A DNA stretch of 64,000 bases from Azolla caroliniana (taxonomy: Eukaryota; Plantae; Polypodiophyta): positions 11,532,001 to 11,596,000 of the forward strand of contig JBHGNT010000001.1 in the NCBI GenBank assembly GCA_043228905.1. Direction: 5' to 3'. Below, piece after piece: positions 1 through 10,425 of the stretch. Under the pieces are notes generated by a model that was not told the origin of the DNA, made no database searches, and saw only the letters and a program-made list of their open reading frames with translations. Position 1 is the stretch's first letter. Each line of letters begins with the position of its first letter. The position numbers and the translations under genes are program-made.

Positions 1-227
1 GCGAGGACAGCGAGCTCAAGGTCGTCGCCTTGCAGCTCGCCATTGTACATTCCCTACGCATAGTGATAGTTGGAGTTCGAGGACTCCCGTGGTTTTTCCC
101 ATTTAGGGTTTTCCACGTAAAACATCCTGTGTACTCTTCTCTCTATTGTCTTCGTGCATTCTGTGTATTTCCTGTTTTCTGTGAGTTGATCCTATTCCTC
201 GGTTGTGGCCGAGCGTAGTGTCTAACA
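1..227 (+). repeat. Copia A 5' LTR (3' part only)
   Basis: Direct repeat of 10199-10425; ends in CA, followed by the PBS. Confidence 0.95.
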
Positions 228-230
228 AAG

Positions 231-242
231 TGGTATCAGAGC
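231..242 (+). promoter_or_regulatory. Primer-binding site (tRNA-iMet) of Copia A
   Basis: TGGTATCAGAGC 3 nt after the LTR end. Confidence 0.93.
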
Positions 243-258
243 GACGGTAACACAGAAA

Positions 259-3200
259 ATGGAAGGCGGCGGTAGTGGGCCTCCGGGCATGATGGTGTTG
301 AACTCATAGAACTATGCCGACTGGAAGATAAAGATGGAAGACCTTCTCATCGTCCGAGACCTGTACGAACCGATCGACAATGCCGAGATACCCAAGGGAG
401 TAATAGAGTCGGAGTGGAAGCTCCTGAACCGGAAAGCCGTAGCGACGATCCGGCAATATGTCGATGTAAGTGTCCTGCAACATGTGGCGAACGATACGAA
501 CGCCTATGAGATGTGGCAGAAGCTGTCCGGACTGTATGAGAGGAAGAATGCCCTGACCCGGACCTCCCTGATGAGGAAGATAGTGAATCTTAAGTACCGG
601 GACGGCGAGAGCATGGTCGAACACGTCAGCACGTTCATGGGATTCGTGAACCAGCTTGTGGCGATCAAGTTCCCGTTGGATGACGCGATGCAAGCCATCA
701 TGCTGATGTGTACCCTCCCGGAGAGCTGGGATAACTTGGTAGTTACACTCAGCACCTCCTGTAAGGAAGAGAACTTGTCTTTACTAACGGTAAAGACAAG
801 TATTCTAAATGAAGAAGCGCGTCGGAGAGATAAAGAACCGGCCTCCGACTCGAAGGCGCTGCTTACCGAATCGGAACGGGGAAGACAACGGAACCGGAGT
901 CCGCAAAGACGGGAGAAGTCGGGGACACGGTCGCAGTCGAGGGGGAGACCTACATGCTTCTACTGTGGGAAGCCGGGGCACTTCCAGAAGAACTGTCGGC
1001 ATTTCCGGAAAGACAACGGAACCGACGGTACCGATTCGAAGAAGTCATCGGAGCGAAACGGTGCATACCGGGGAGCCGCGGACCGGAGAGGTCCGGATCG
1101 GCGAGGGCAGGACCGGAAAGGAACGACGGCACTCGCGGCAAGTGAAGAAGAGATAATGCTCATTACCGAAGAGAGGGAGCTGAACCTTGCCGGTGAAGAG
1201 ATGACCTGGGTGGTCGATTCCGGAGCGTCGTTCCACCTGACCCCGGAGAAGAAATACTTCTCATCCTACACAGCCGGTGAGCACGGCTGTGTCCGGATGG
1301 GAAATGAAGGTACATGCCGGATTGCCGGCATAGGAGACGTGTGGCTGATGACATCAACCGGATGCAAGATGCTGCTGAAGGATGTTCGACACGTTCCGGA
1401 GGTTCGATTGAACCTGATTTCGGCCGGGAGGCTAGACGATGAAGGCTACACGGGTAGCATCCGGAACGGTGTCATGAAGTTCAGCAAAGGGAGCCTGATA
1501 GTGGCTCGGGCCCGGAAGGTCAACACACTGTACCTGATGAATTCCCGGCTATGTCCGGAGGAGCTGAACGTGGCAGCTGACACTACCGGTGAGCTGTGGC
1601 ACAAGAGACTGTGCCACATGAGCGAGAAGGGGATGAAGAGGCTTGCCGAAGACAACCTGATACCGGTAAAGCACGTACAACTGGGGAAGTGTACCGACTG
1701 TCTGGCCGGTAAGCAAAACCGGACCGCCTTCCGCTCAAGACCACCGACGAGACGTAGCGCACCATTGGAGTTGGTGCACACTGACGTGTGTCAAGTAGAA
1801 ACGAAGTCACATGGTGGAGCCCAGTACTTCGTGACATTCATTGATGACCACAGCCGGAAGCTGTGGACGGCACCGTTGAAGACAAAGGACCAAGTATTGT
1901 CCGTCTTCAAAGAACTCCACGTGAGAGTGGAAAGGGAATCCGGCAAGAAGCTGAAAGCGATACGAGCGGATAACGGAGGGGAATACCGGGGGCAGTTCGA
2001 GGAGTACTGTCGCTCGAAGGGAATCCGGCTCGAGTTTACTGTGCCGAAGACGCCGGAACTGAACGGGCTGGCCGAGAGGATGAACCGGACCATAATGGAG
2101 AGGGTCCGGAGTATGCTAACACATGCGAAATTACCCAAGGGATTTTGGGCTGAGGCAATGTCAACGGCGACATATGTGATAAATAGATCACCCTCAGTAC
2201 CCCTGGATGGAGACACGCCACAGAGAGTGTGGACCGGTAAGGAAGTGTCCTACCGGCATCTGAAGGTGTTTGGGTGTCTCGCATACGTGCATGTGGCAAA
2301 GGACCGGAGAGGAAAGCTAGATCCAAAGACCCGGCCATGCATATTCCTCGGTTACGGCGATGACGAGTTCGGCTACCGAGTATGGGACCCGGTCGACAAA
2401 AGGATATTCCGGAGTCGTGATATCATCTTCATGGAGGACAAGACACTCGCCGACTGGGAGTCGAAGAAGAAGATGAAGAGCTCCAAGTCGACCGGTGAGG
2501 ATCAACTCTACGAGGAGCAGTCCCGACCGGCAAGGGACCGGTTAGCACTCGAGGATCCGGCCGAAGACGGTGAAGAAACAGAACCGACCGAGGAAGATGA
2601 TACTGATACCGGAACCGGCCCCGATCCCGAAATGGATTCGGATGAAGAGGAAACGGAGAAGCCGGTTACCGAAGCTCCGGAACGGAGATATCCTCTAAGA
2701 GAGAGAAGGGCCCCCCGGAGATTTCCGGAACCAGAGCACGTGCTGCTAACCGACGAGGGGGAGCCGGAGAGCTTTGAAGAAGCAAAGCTTGACACACATA
2801 GCCGCAGGTGGTTAAGTGCCATGCAGGAGGAGATGGATTCCCTGCATGAGAACCACACATATGAACTTGTGGAGTTGCCGAAAGGAAAGCGGGCACTTCG
2901 AAACAAGTGGGTGTTCAAGCTGAAACCGGGAGATGCCGAAAACCCCCCGAGATACAAAGCCAGGATCGTGGTGAAGGGGTTCCAGCAGAAGAAGGGCGTC
3001 GACTTCGACGAGATATTTGCCCCGGTAGTGAAGATGACCTCCATCCGGACGGTGCTGAGCATAGCGGCAAGCATGGACCTTGAGGTAGAACAGATGGACG
3101 TGAAGACGGCATTCCTTCACGGTGACCTCGAAGAAGAGATCTACATGCAGCAACCAGAAGGATTCGAGAAGAAAGGGAAGGAGCACCTGGTGTGCCGGTT

Positions 3201-3445
3201 GAAGAAGAGCCTTTACGGACTGAAGCAGGCTCCCCGGCAATGGTACCGGAAGTTCGACTCTTTCATGACCGACGAAGGGTACCACAAAACGCAGTCCGAT
3301 CACTGTGTGTTTGTGAAGAAGTTCGAAGGAGGAGACTCTCTAATACTCCTCCTGTACGTGGACGACATGTTGATCGTCGGACGGGACCAGGCCAAGTTAC
3401 GGATGCTGAAGAAAGCGCTTCACCGAACTTTCTCAATGAAGGACC
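259..3445 (+). pseudogene. Copia A gag-pol, 5' part (gag, zinc knuckle, protease, integrase, N-terminal RT)
   Basis: ATG at 259 is in frame with ORF 334-3465 but has a premature TAG at 307-309. Motifs: CFYCGKPGHFQKNC, VVDSGAS, WHKRLCH..C..C, D..D..E integrase, YVDD. Cut at MKD|L by Copia B. Confidence 0.93.
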
Positions 3446-6400
3446 TGTCGAATACATGTGTATAATGGACGTATTCACACTATCCCGTGTTGGCCATTTA
3501 TGTAATTAGCATAAAGGGTAGTTGCCCTAAGTTGGTCACTATATATAGTGACCTTGTAACCTCTTTGTGAGGTTGGTTGTTGTATTCTTTGTTTATGCAA
3601 TAAGAAAGTCTTTTGTGTCTCTCTCTCTCTCTCTCTCTGTGCAACGACCTACAATCTCTCATACGCAGGTACTGAACAGAACAGAATGCTTCAAGATCTT
3701 CCGCATTAACGACCTCGCTTCCAACATCTGGTATCAGAGCGGAGGTTCGGCCGTCATCACCGCCTGCACAGCATTCGGTTCCTCACTTCATCTCGGCCTG
3801 CACAGTATCCACGTCATTCGAAGAAAGAGAGAAGAAGAACAAAAACGAGGTTTGCACCTCATCGCGTTAGATCCTCTTGCTTGGAGTAAGCCCACAGGTT
3901 GTACTCTCTTCCGTGTGATCGTAACCGCTCGAGGTGAAATCCCCTTGTGCATCATTGACACGATCGTGCTCCATTCGGTTAAACGGCAACCGAAGAGGTC
4001 ACCAAACGCTGCTCGTTGTAACCACTCGGTGCAGATCGGTCTCAAGACAACAACCCCAATTCGTGCTTCATCCGGCTGATCGACATTCGAGAGGATCAGT
4101 TGGATCTGTCTCTCTCGTCGCTGCAGCCACCCGAAGCAGAATCGGTCCAGATAATCGGTTTCAATTATCGGTATTCGGCATATATATCCGAAGCGAACCG
4201 GGCTCACGCCGACTCGGCAACATTCGGGAAGACCAGTCGGTTCTGTCCCTCAAGCTACCGGAGTCAATTCGAGCAAGTTCCGAAGCCGAACCGACTCGGG
4301 TTCAAATCCGACTAGAACGATATCGGGTGAGCCAACCGGCTGCACTCCAACAAGGTTCGTAGTCAACTCTGAACCGAGCTTCGTCAACCAAAACCGAATT
4401 TGATGGCATCAACATCCGGCTCGTCAGAAATGAGTCTACGAAAGTTCGATGGATCGAACTTTAACTTCTGGAAGAAGCAAATGCAGGACTATCTCATAGT
4501 CAAGGGGCAAATCGATCCCATCGAAAATGAAGAACCTCCAGAAGGATACAAACCAATTGAGTGGCAGAAGCTGGACAGAATCGTCCGCGCCACGATTCGG
4601 ATGCACCTATCGGAATCGGTATACTTTACGGTGCAATCGTGTACGACAGCATTCGAACTGTGGAAAACACTGTCGGACACTTACGAAAAGAAGGTCGCCG
4701 CAACGAAGATGTTTCTGATCCGGCGCCTCTACAACTTGCGGATGAAAGAATCCGATTCGGTTCAGGCACACCTCAATGAGTACGAAAGCATCAGCTCCCA
4801 AATCTCATCTCAGGGGACGGCAATCGAGGATGAACTCAGAGCAATGATACTCATGAGCAGCCTTCCCTCATCATGGGAAACTTTCGTCACAACTGTGTGC
4901 AACGCGTCAACCACGGCTGTTAAATACTCCGAAGTCACGAGCGCAATCCTAACCGAAGCAGCTCGGAGAAAGTCTTTCGGCAAAGACTCAACAGAAGACG
5001 CTTATGTAGTACAAGGTTCGACAGACCGATCGAACATACGAGGAAGAGATTCCTCACGACCGCCGAACAATCAGCGAAGACGGAGCCAGTCACGGGATAA
5101 CCGAATCTGCAACTACTGCAAGAAACCCGGACACATCAAAGCCGACTGCCGCGCACTCAAGAACAAGAACAACAAGAAGAATGGCCGGCATGAGGAGATC
5201 AATTACGTCAGCTTCTCAGCTGATGTACTACCGGACGACCCGAATATACTATCAATCGAAAATCCAGTCGGATCAGAAGTTCTACTCACGACTGAAGAAT
5301 CGAGCACATGGCTCTTAGATTCGGGCGCGTCATTTCACGTGACTCCTCATCGATCCCAATTTCGGCAATACACGATCCGTCACTCCGACTCAGTTCGGGT
5401 CGGTAACTCGCAACACTGTGACATCATCGGAATCGGCACAGTAGAGCTCAACCTTGCAGGTGGCTCTACACTTGTACTCCACAATGTCCGACATGTACCC
5501 GAGCTCTCAAGGCCATTGATCTCAGTCGGACAACTAGATGAAGACGGCATTCGTGCCGGTTTCTCTTCGGGAGGGTGGACACTCCACAGGGGGAACCTCC
5601 TGCTTGCTAGAGGACCTAAGATACACTCCCTGTATCCGTTACATGTTACGCTCAGAGAGGGTAACCTGTTCTTGGTGGATATTCCTGTGTCATCATTATG
5701 GCACCGAAGACTGGGACACCTCAGCAAGGCCGGCATCACGCACCTATCTAGAGCCGAATACATCCCCAAACTCTCCTTCTCGGACCATCAATTCTGCGAG
5801 CATTGCCAGTATGGCAAACAAGTAGCCGCATCACACCCGACATCAGCACCAAGAGAAACGAGACCTCTCGATTTAGTCCATTCGGACGTCTGTGGCCCAA
5901 TGCCGCATCAGTCTCTAGGCGGTGCATCTTACTTCGTCACTTTTATTGACGACTCGACTCGAAAGGTGTGGGCGTATCCAATTCGCACCAAAGATCGTGT
6001 CTTCTCGATCTTTTCAGATTGGCTCGCTATGGTGGAAAATCAAACCGACCGAAAGCTGAAATGCTTTCGGACAGACAATGGGGGAGAGTTCAAATCCGAA
6101 GAATTCGTCAAATTCTGCCGACAACGCGGCATCCGACGTGAACTTACGGCACCACACAGTCCGGAGCAAAACGGGATTGCCGAACGCATGAATCGGACAA
6201 TCCAAGAACGGTTAGTCTCCATGCTCCAACACTCCGGACTGTCGGATGGCTTCTGGGCAGAGGCTCTACTCACGGCAGTACACATAATCAATATGTCGCC
6301 AAGTAGACCTCTAGGACTTCAAATTCCTCAGGAACTATGGATCGGCAGTAAGCCGAATTACGACAAGCTGAGGATCTTCGGATGCGAGGCGTACGCCCTT

Positions 6401-8890
6401 ATTCCGAAAGATGATCGCCGAAAACTTGCACCTCGGTCCAGGAAATGTATTTTCCTTGGATATGGATCCGACGGCGAAATGGGATACCGACTCTGGGACC
6501 CCGAACGCAGACAAATCGTTCGAAGTTCGGACGTTGTGTTCAACGAGTCGGCCATGAATCCATCAGTCGAAAAACCGATCGAAGTCCGAAGGGTAACCTT
6601 TTCCGATGTGCCGACCCTTCAAGAAGGCCCCGCTCTCAACACACGGTCAGCTTCACGGGTAGCTGAACCTTACACTACCGACTCGGACAACTCCGACTCG
6701 GCACAGCAGAACAATCCGCTTTCGGACCATCCGACCACGATACCCGATGCGACCAGTCCAATCATGCCTCGACGATCCGAGAGACTGTCGCAACCTCCGG
6801 AGAGGTATTCTCCTGGAATTTTCTTCACCGACGCCGGCGAACCGACGTCTTACGAAGAAGCATCGACATCCGTCGATTCAGCCACCTGGCATCTGGCGAT
6901 GGAGTCGGAAATGCACTCCATTCGGGCAAACAAGACTTGGGATCTGGTCGAATTACCTAGGAACCGACGTGCTCTTCCTTGCAAGTGGGTTTATCGACTA
7001 AAAGAGACGTCTGATTCGACCACCCCAAAGTACAAGGCCAGACTAGTTGCGAAGGGCTTCCGACAAGAATACGGCGTCGACTTCGACGAGATTTTTTCAC
7101 CAGTGGTGAAAATGACAACCCTTCGTTTCCTACTCGGCGTAGTGGCAGCCGACAACTTGGAGCTGATTCAGCTAGATGTCAAAACAGCATTCCTCCATGG
7201 TGATCTTGACGAGGAAATTTATATGGAGCAGCCGAAAGGCTTCGTGGCAACCGGCCAAGAACATCTAGTCTGCCGACTCAGGAAGAGTCTATACGGCCTC
7301 AAACAGGCACCGCGACAATGGTACAAGAAGTTCGACGACTTCATCCAATCGATCGGCTTCTCCAAAAGCGATGAGGACCATTGTCTCTTCACCAACACAG
7401 CTCAAGATGGATCACCCATCTTCCTCATCATTTACGTGGACGACATGCTAATTTCTGGACGCCACGCGGGCGAACTTGCCGACCTCGTTCGGCAACTGCG
7501 GTTGAAGTTTGCCATGAAGGACCTCGGCCCGGCACGACACATACTCGGCATGAAGATTAGTCGGCATCGCGATAAACGACATCTTTTTTTGTCTCAGACC
7601 GACTACATCGGACGTGTCTTGGAACGCTTCAACATGCAATTAGCCAAATCTGCTTCAACCCCGCTCCCCATGAATCTTCGGCTCTCTCAGCGAGACTGCC
7701 CGACATCCGGTCCGGAGGGGGAAGATATGAAGTCGGTACCGTATGCACCGGCAGTCGGCTCCCTTATGTACCTGATGGTCGCGACACGGCCTGATATCTC
7801 TCATGCCGTAGGAGTCGTTAGCAGAGTTATGCACAATCCTGGCCGATCGCATTGGAACGCAGTCAAGCATGTGTTCAGATATCTGGCTGGCACAAAATAC
7901 CACGGCATTCTTTTCGGTCCGAACCGAACCTCAGGCGTAGTCGGTTACACCAACTCGGACTTCGCCGGCTGTATAGACAGTCGGAAATCAACAACCGGAT
8001 ACTGCTTCAAATTCGGCAATGGAGCAATCTCGTGGAAGTCGAAACTTCAAGAATGCACAGCGACCTCAACGACCGAAGCAGAATATGTAGCTGCGTCCGA
8101 CGCAGCAAAAGAAGCCTTATGGCTTGGTCGGCTGGCGCACACGTTTCGACAAGTCGACCATGACTCGGCTCCAGTTGTCTACAGCGACAGTCAAGGTGCT
8201 GTTGCCTTGTCGAAAAATCCGGTTCACCACAACGCCTCCAAGCATATCGACGTTCGATATCACTTCGTTCGGGACTGCGTCATTTCAGGGAAAATCGGTC
8301 TAGAGAAAATATCCACAACCGACAATGTCGCAGATGGAATGACCAAGTGTCTTTCGGCAGACCGCTTTCGGTCTCTTCGGCATCAGATGGGCGTAACGAC
8401 AAACCAGTCCGGTTAGAGCCGGACACAGAGCAGGATGGTTCCCGACAACCGACGTCAGTTCCTTAATGATCGGCTTCAACTGTTCCGACCCGACCAGCTC
8501 GGTCTTCTGCCTTCGGACCCTGCCGACTCGAACAAAGCTGATATGTCCGAGAACCTAAGTCTATACCTGTAATCTTAGATAACCCATGTATACGCCCATT
8601 ACGGGGGAGTGTCGAATACATGTGTATAATGGACGTATTCACACTATCCCGTGTTGGCCATTTATGTAATTAGCATAAAGGGTAGTTGCCCTAAGTTGGT
8701 CACTATATATAGTGACCTTGTAACCTCTTTGTGAGGTTGGTTGTTGTATTCTTTGTTTATGCAATAAGAAAGTCTTTTGTGTGTCTCTCTCTCTCTCTCT
8801 CTGTGCAACGACCTACAATCTCTCATACGCAGGTACTGAACAGAACAGAATGCTTCAAGATCTTCCGCATTAACGACCTCGCTTCCAACA
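3446..8890 (+). mobile_element. Ty1/Copia LTR retrotransposon B, full length and very young, nested in the RT of Copia A
   Basis: 281-bp LTRs at 3446-3726 and 8610-8890 (TG..CA, 1 mismatch seen), 5-bp TSD GGACC at 3441-3445 and 8891-8895, PBS TGGTATCAGAGC at 3729-3740, PPT ACGGGGGAG at 8601-8609. Confidence 0.97.
4403..8416 (+). CDS. Copia B gag-pol polyprotein (open ORF, about 1337 aa)
   Basis: Uninterrupted ORF with CNYCKKPGHIKADC, LLDSGAS, HHCC plus DDE integrase, YVDD RT, and RNase H (STTEAEY, KHIDVRYHF). Confidence 0.95.
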   Translation: MASTSGSSEMSLRKFDGSNFNFWKKQMQDYLIVKGQIDPIENEEPPEGYKPIEWQKLDRIVRATIRMHLSESVYFTVQSCTTAFELWKTLSDTYEKKVAATKMFLIRRLYNLRMKESDSVQAHLNEYESISSQISSQGTAIEDELRAMILMSSLPSSWETFVTTVCNASTTAVKYSEVTSAILTEAARRKSFGKDSTEDAYVVQGSTDRSNIRGRDSSRPPNNQRRRSQSRDNRICNYCKKPGHIKADCRALKNKNNKKNGRHEEINYVSFSADVLPDDPNILSIENPVGSEVLLTTEESSTWLLDSGASFHVTPHRSQFRQYTIRHSDSVRVGNSQHCDIIGIGTVELNLAGGSTLVLHNVRHVPELSRPLISVGQLDEDGIRAGFSSGGWTLHRGNLLLARGPKIHSLYPLHVTLREGNLFLVDIPVSSLWHRRLGHLSKAGITHLSRAEYIPKLSFSDHQFCEHCQYGKQVAASHPTSAPRETRPLDLVHSDVCGPMPHQSLGGASYFVTFIDDSTRKVWAYPIRTKDRVFSIFSDWLAMVENQTDRKLKCFRTDNGGEFKSEEFVKFCRQRGIRRELTAPHSPEQNGIAERMNRTIQERLVSMLQHSGLSDGFWAEALLTAVHIINMSPSRPLGLQIPQELWIGSKPNYDKLRIFGCEAYALIPKDDRRKLAPRSRKCIFLGYGSDGEMGYRLWDPERRQIVRSSDVVFNESAMNPSVEKPIEVRRVTFSDVPTLQEGPALNTRSASRVAEPYTTDSDNSDSAQQNNPLSDHPTTIPDATSPIMPRRSERLSQPPERYSPGIFFTDAGEPTSYEEASTSVDSATWHLAMESEMHSIRANKTWDLVELPRNRRALPCKWVYRLKETSDSTTPKYKARLVAKGFRQEYGVDFDEIFSPVVKMTTLRFLLGVVAADNLELIQLDVKTAFLHGDLDEEIYMEQPKGFVATGQEHLVCRLRKSLYGLKQAPRQWYKKFDDFIQSIGFSKSDEDHCLFTNTAQDGSPIFLIIYVDDMLISGRHAGELADLVRQLRLKFAMKDLGPARHILGMKISRHRDKRHLFLSQTDYIGRVLERFNMQLAKSASTPLPMNLRLSQRDCPTSGPEGEDMKSVPYAPAVGSLMYLMVATRPDISHAVGVVSRVMHNPGRSHWNAVKHVFRYLAGTKYHGILFGPNRTSGVVGYTNSDFAGCIDSRKSTTGYCFKFGNGAISWKSKLQECTATSTTEAEYVAASDAAKEALWLGRLAHTFRQVDHDSAPVVYSDSQGAVALSKNPVHHNASKHIDVRYHFVRDCVISGKIGLEKISTTDNVADGMTKCLSADRFRSLRHQMGVTTNQSG

Positions 8891-8895
8891 GGACC

Positions 8896-9782
8896 TGGGT
8901 CCGGCGAGGCAAATACTAGGGATGCACATCATCCGGGACCGGAAGAAGAAGCAGTTGTGGCTGTCACAGGAGAAGTACGTGACAAAGGTGCTTCACGGGT
9001 TCAACATGTCGGAAGCAAAACCGGTCGGGTCGACCCTCCAGGCAAACTGCAAGTTATCCGGCAAGCAAAGTCCCAAGACAAAAGTTGAAAAGGAGGATAT
9101 GATGAAGATACCATATGACTCTGCTGTCGGGAGCTTGATGTACGCAATGGTGTGTACCCGACCGGACATTGGATACGCAGTCGGAGTGGTGAGTCGGTAT
9201 ATGAGTAATCCCGGCAAGGAGCACTGGAACGCGGTCAAATGGATACTCTGATACTTAAAGGGCACTTCGAACATGTGCCTCCGATTCGGCTCCGGTAAGC
9301 CCGAACTCGATGGATTTACCGATTCGGACATGTCGGCTGATGCGGATACCAGCCGGTCTACATCAGGGTATGTAATGACATATGCAGGGGGAGCCGTTTC
9401 GTAGCAGTCGAGGTTGCAGAAGACGGTTGCGTTGTCAACCACGGAGGCGGAGTACATGGCGGCTGTTGAAGCCGGCAAGGAAATAATATGGATGAAGGAC
9501 TTCATTAGAGAGCTCGGTATCCGGCAGGAGGAGTACCGGCTCTACTGCGATAGTCAGAGTGCCATCCACCTTGCGAAGAACGCGGCCTACCATTCCCGGA
9601 CGAAACACATCCAGCGTAGATACCACTGGATCCGGGAAAGGATAGAAGACAAGGAGTTCGTGCTGACGAAGATCCACACGGACGAGAACGGGTCGGATAT
9701 GCTGACCAAGGTGCTCACACCCGACAAGCTGGAAGCATGCCGGAAGAGGATCGGATTGGAGAGACATCCCATGCCGAAGTGA
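8896..9782 (+). pseudogene. Copia A pol, 3' part (RT C-terminus, RNase H)
   Basis: Resumes in frame (MKDL|GPARQILGM) once Copia B is removed; premature stops TGA at 9249-9251 and TAG at 9402-9404. Confidence 0.93.
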
Positions 9783-9792
9783 AGGGGGAGTT

Positions 9793-10425
9793 TGTTGGGA
9801 TTTCGGTCCCTCCGGATGGGATGTCCGGAGATGAATGACGGCAAGCCCGGTTGCGGTTACGGAACCGGATGATGAAGAGTACCCGGCATGAAGCCGGATG
9901 AAGAGCAACCGGTTACGGATCCGGATGCTGAAGACCCCGGCTACGGAGCCGGATGACGAATGTACCCGGAGAGAGATCCGGATGCGGGGACATATTTGCG
10001 AATATGTTTGCCAAGGGCCCTTGAGGCTATATTTGTAAATAGCCCGAAAGTCATATGTGTATAAATATGACTTAGGGCAAACAGTTGTTGTTGTTGCTCA
10101 TTTTTCTGTTTTTCACTTAGAGGGAGAGAGTGAGAGCAGCCGAGAGAGAGAGAGAGAGACGAAGAGGTCGTTGCCTCTGTGTATTACCGCCGCCTGTGGC
10201 GAGGACAACGAGCTCAAGGTCGTCGCCTTGCAGCTCGCCATTGTACATTCCCTACGCATAGTGATAGTTGGAGTTCGAGGACTCCCGTGGTTTTTCCCAT
10301 TTAGGGTTTTCCACGTAAAACATCCTGTGTACTCTTCTCTCTATTGTCTTCGTGCATTCTGTGTATTTCTTGTTTTCTGTGAGTTGATCCTATTCCTCGG
10401 TTGTGGCCGAGCGTAGTGTCTAACA
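9793..10425 (+). repeat. Copia A 3' LTR (633 bp) with CCGG-rich tandem subrepeats in U3
   Basis: TG..CA ends, follows the PPT; GGTTACGGA(A/T)CCGGATG(A/C)TGAAGA-type subrepeats at about 9845-9985; TATAAAT near 10060. Confidence 0.94.

Larger units (their letters stand above)
1..10425 (+). mobile_element. Ty1/Copia LTR retrotransposon A (Tnt1-like); 5' LTR cut by the window edge, interrupted by Copia B
   Basis: LTR end TCTAACA at 227, PBS TGGTATCAGAGC at 231-242, gag-PR-INT-RT-RH order, PPT GAAGGGGGAG at 9781-9790, 3' LTR TGTTGG..TAACA at 9793-10425. Bases 1-227 match 10199-10425 with 2 mismatches seen. Confidence 0.96.

Noticed and set aside
3441-3450. Copia B targeting its homologous MKDLGPAR motif by recombination
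   Set aside because: Clean TG..CA ends and a 5-bp TSD show ordinary integrase-mediated insertion.
3567-4362. ORFs in the Copia B LTR and leader as an extra gene
   Set aside because: Non-ATG starts, they run through the LTR microsatellite and PBS, and show no domain signal.
304-9908. Many antisense and alternative-frame ORFs over the Copia elements
   Set aside because: Shadow ORFs expected in GC-rich coding DNA; no recognisable motifs.
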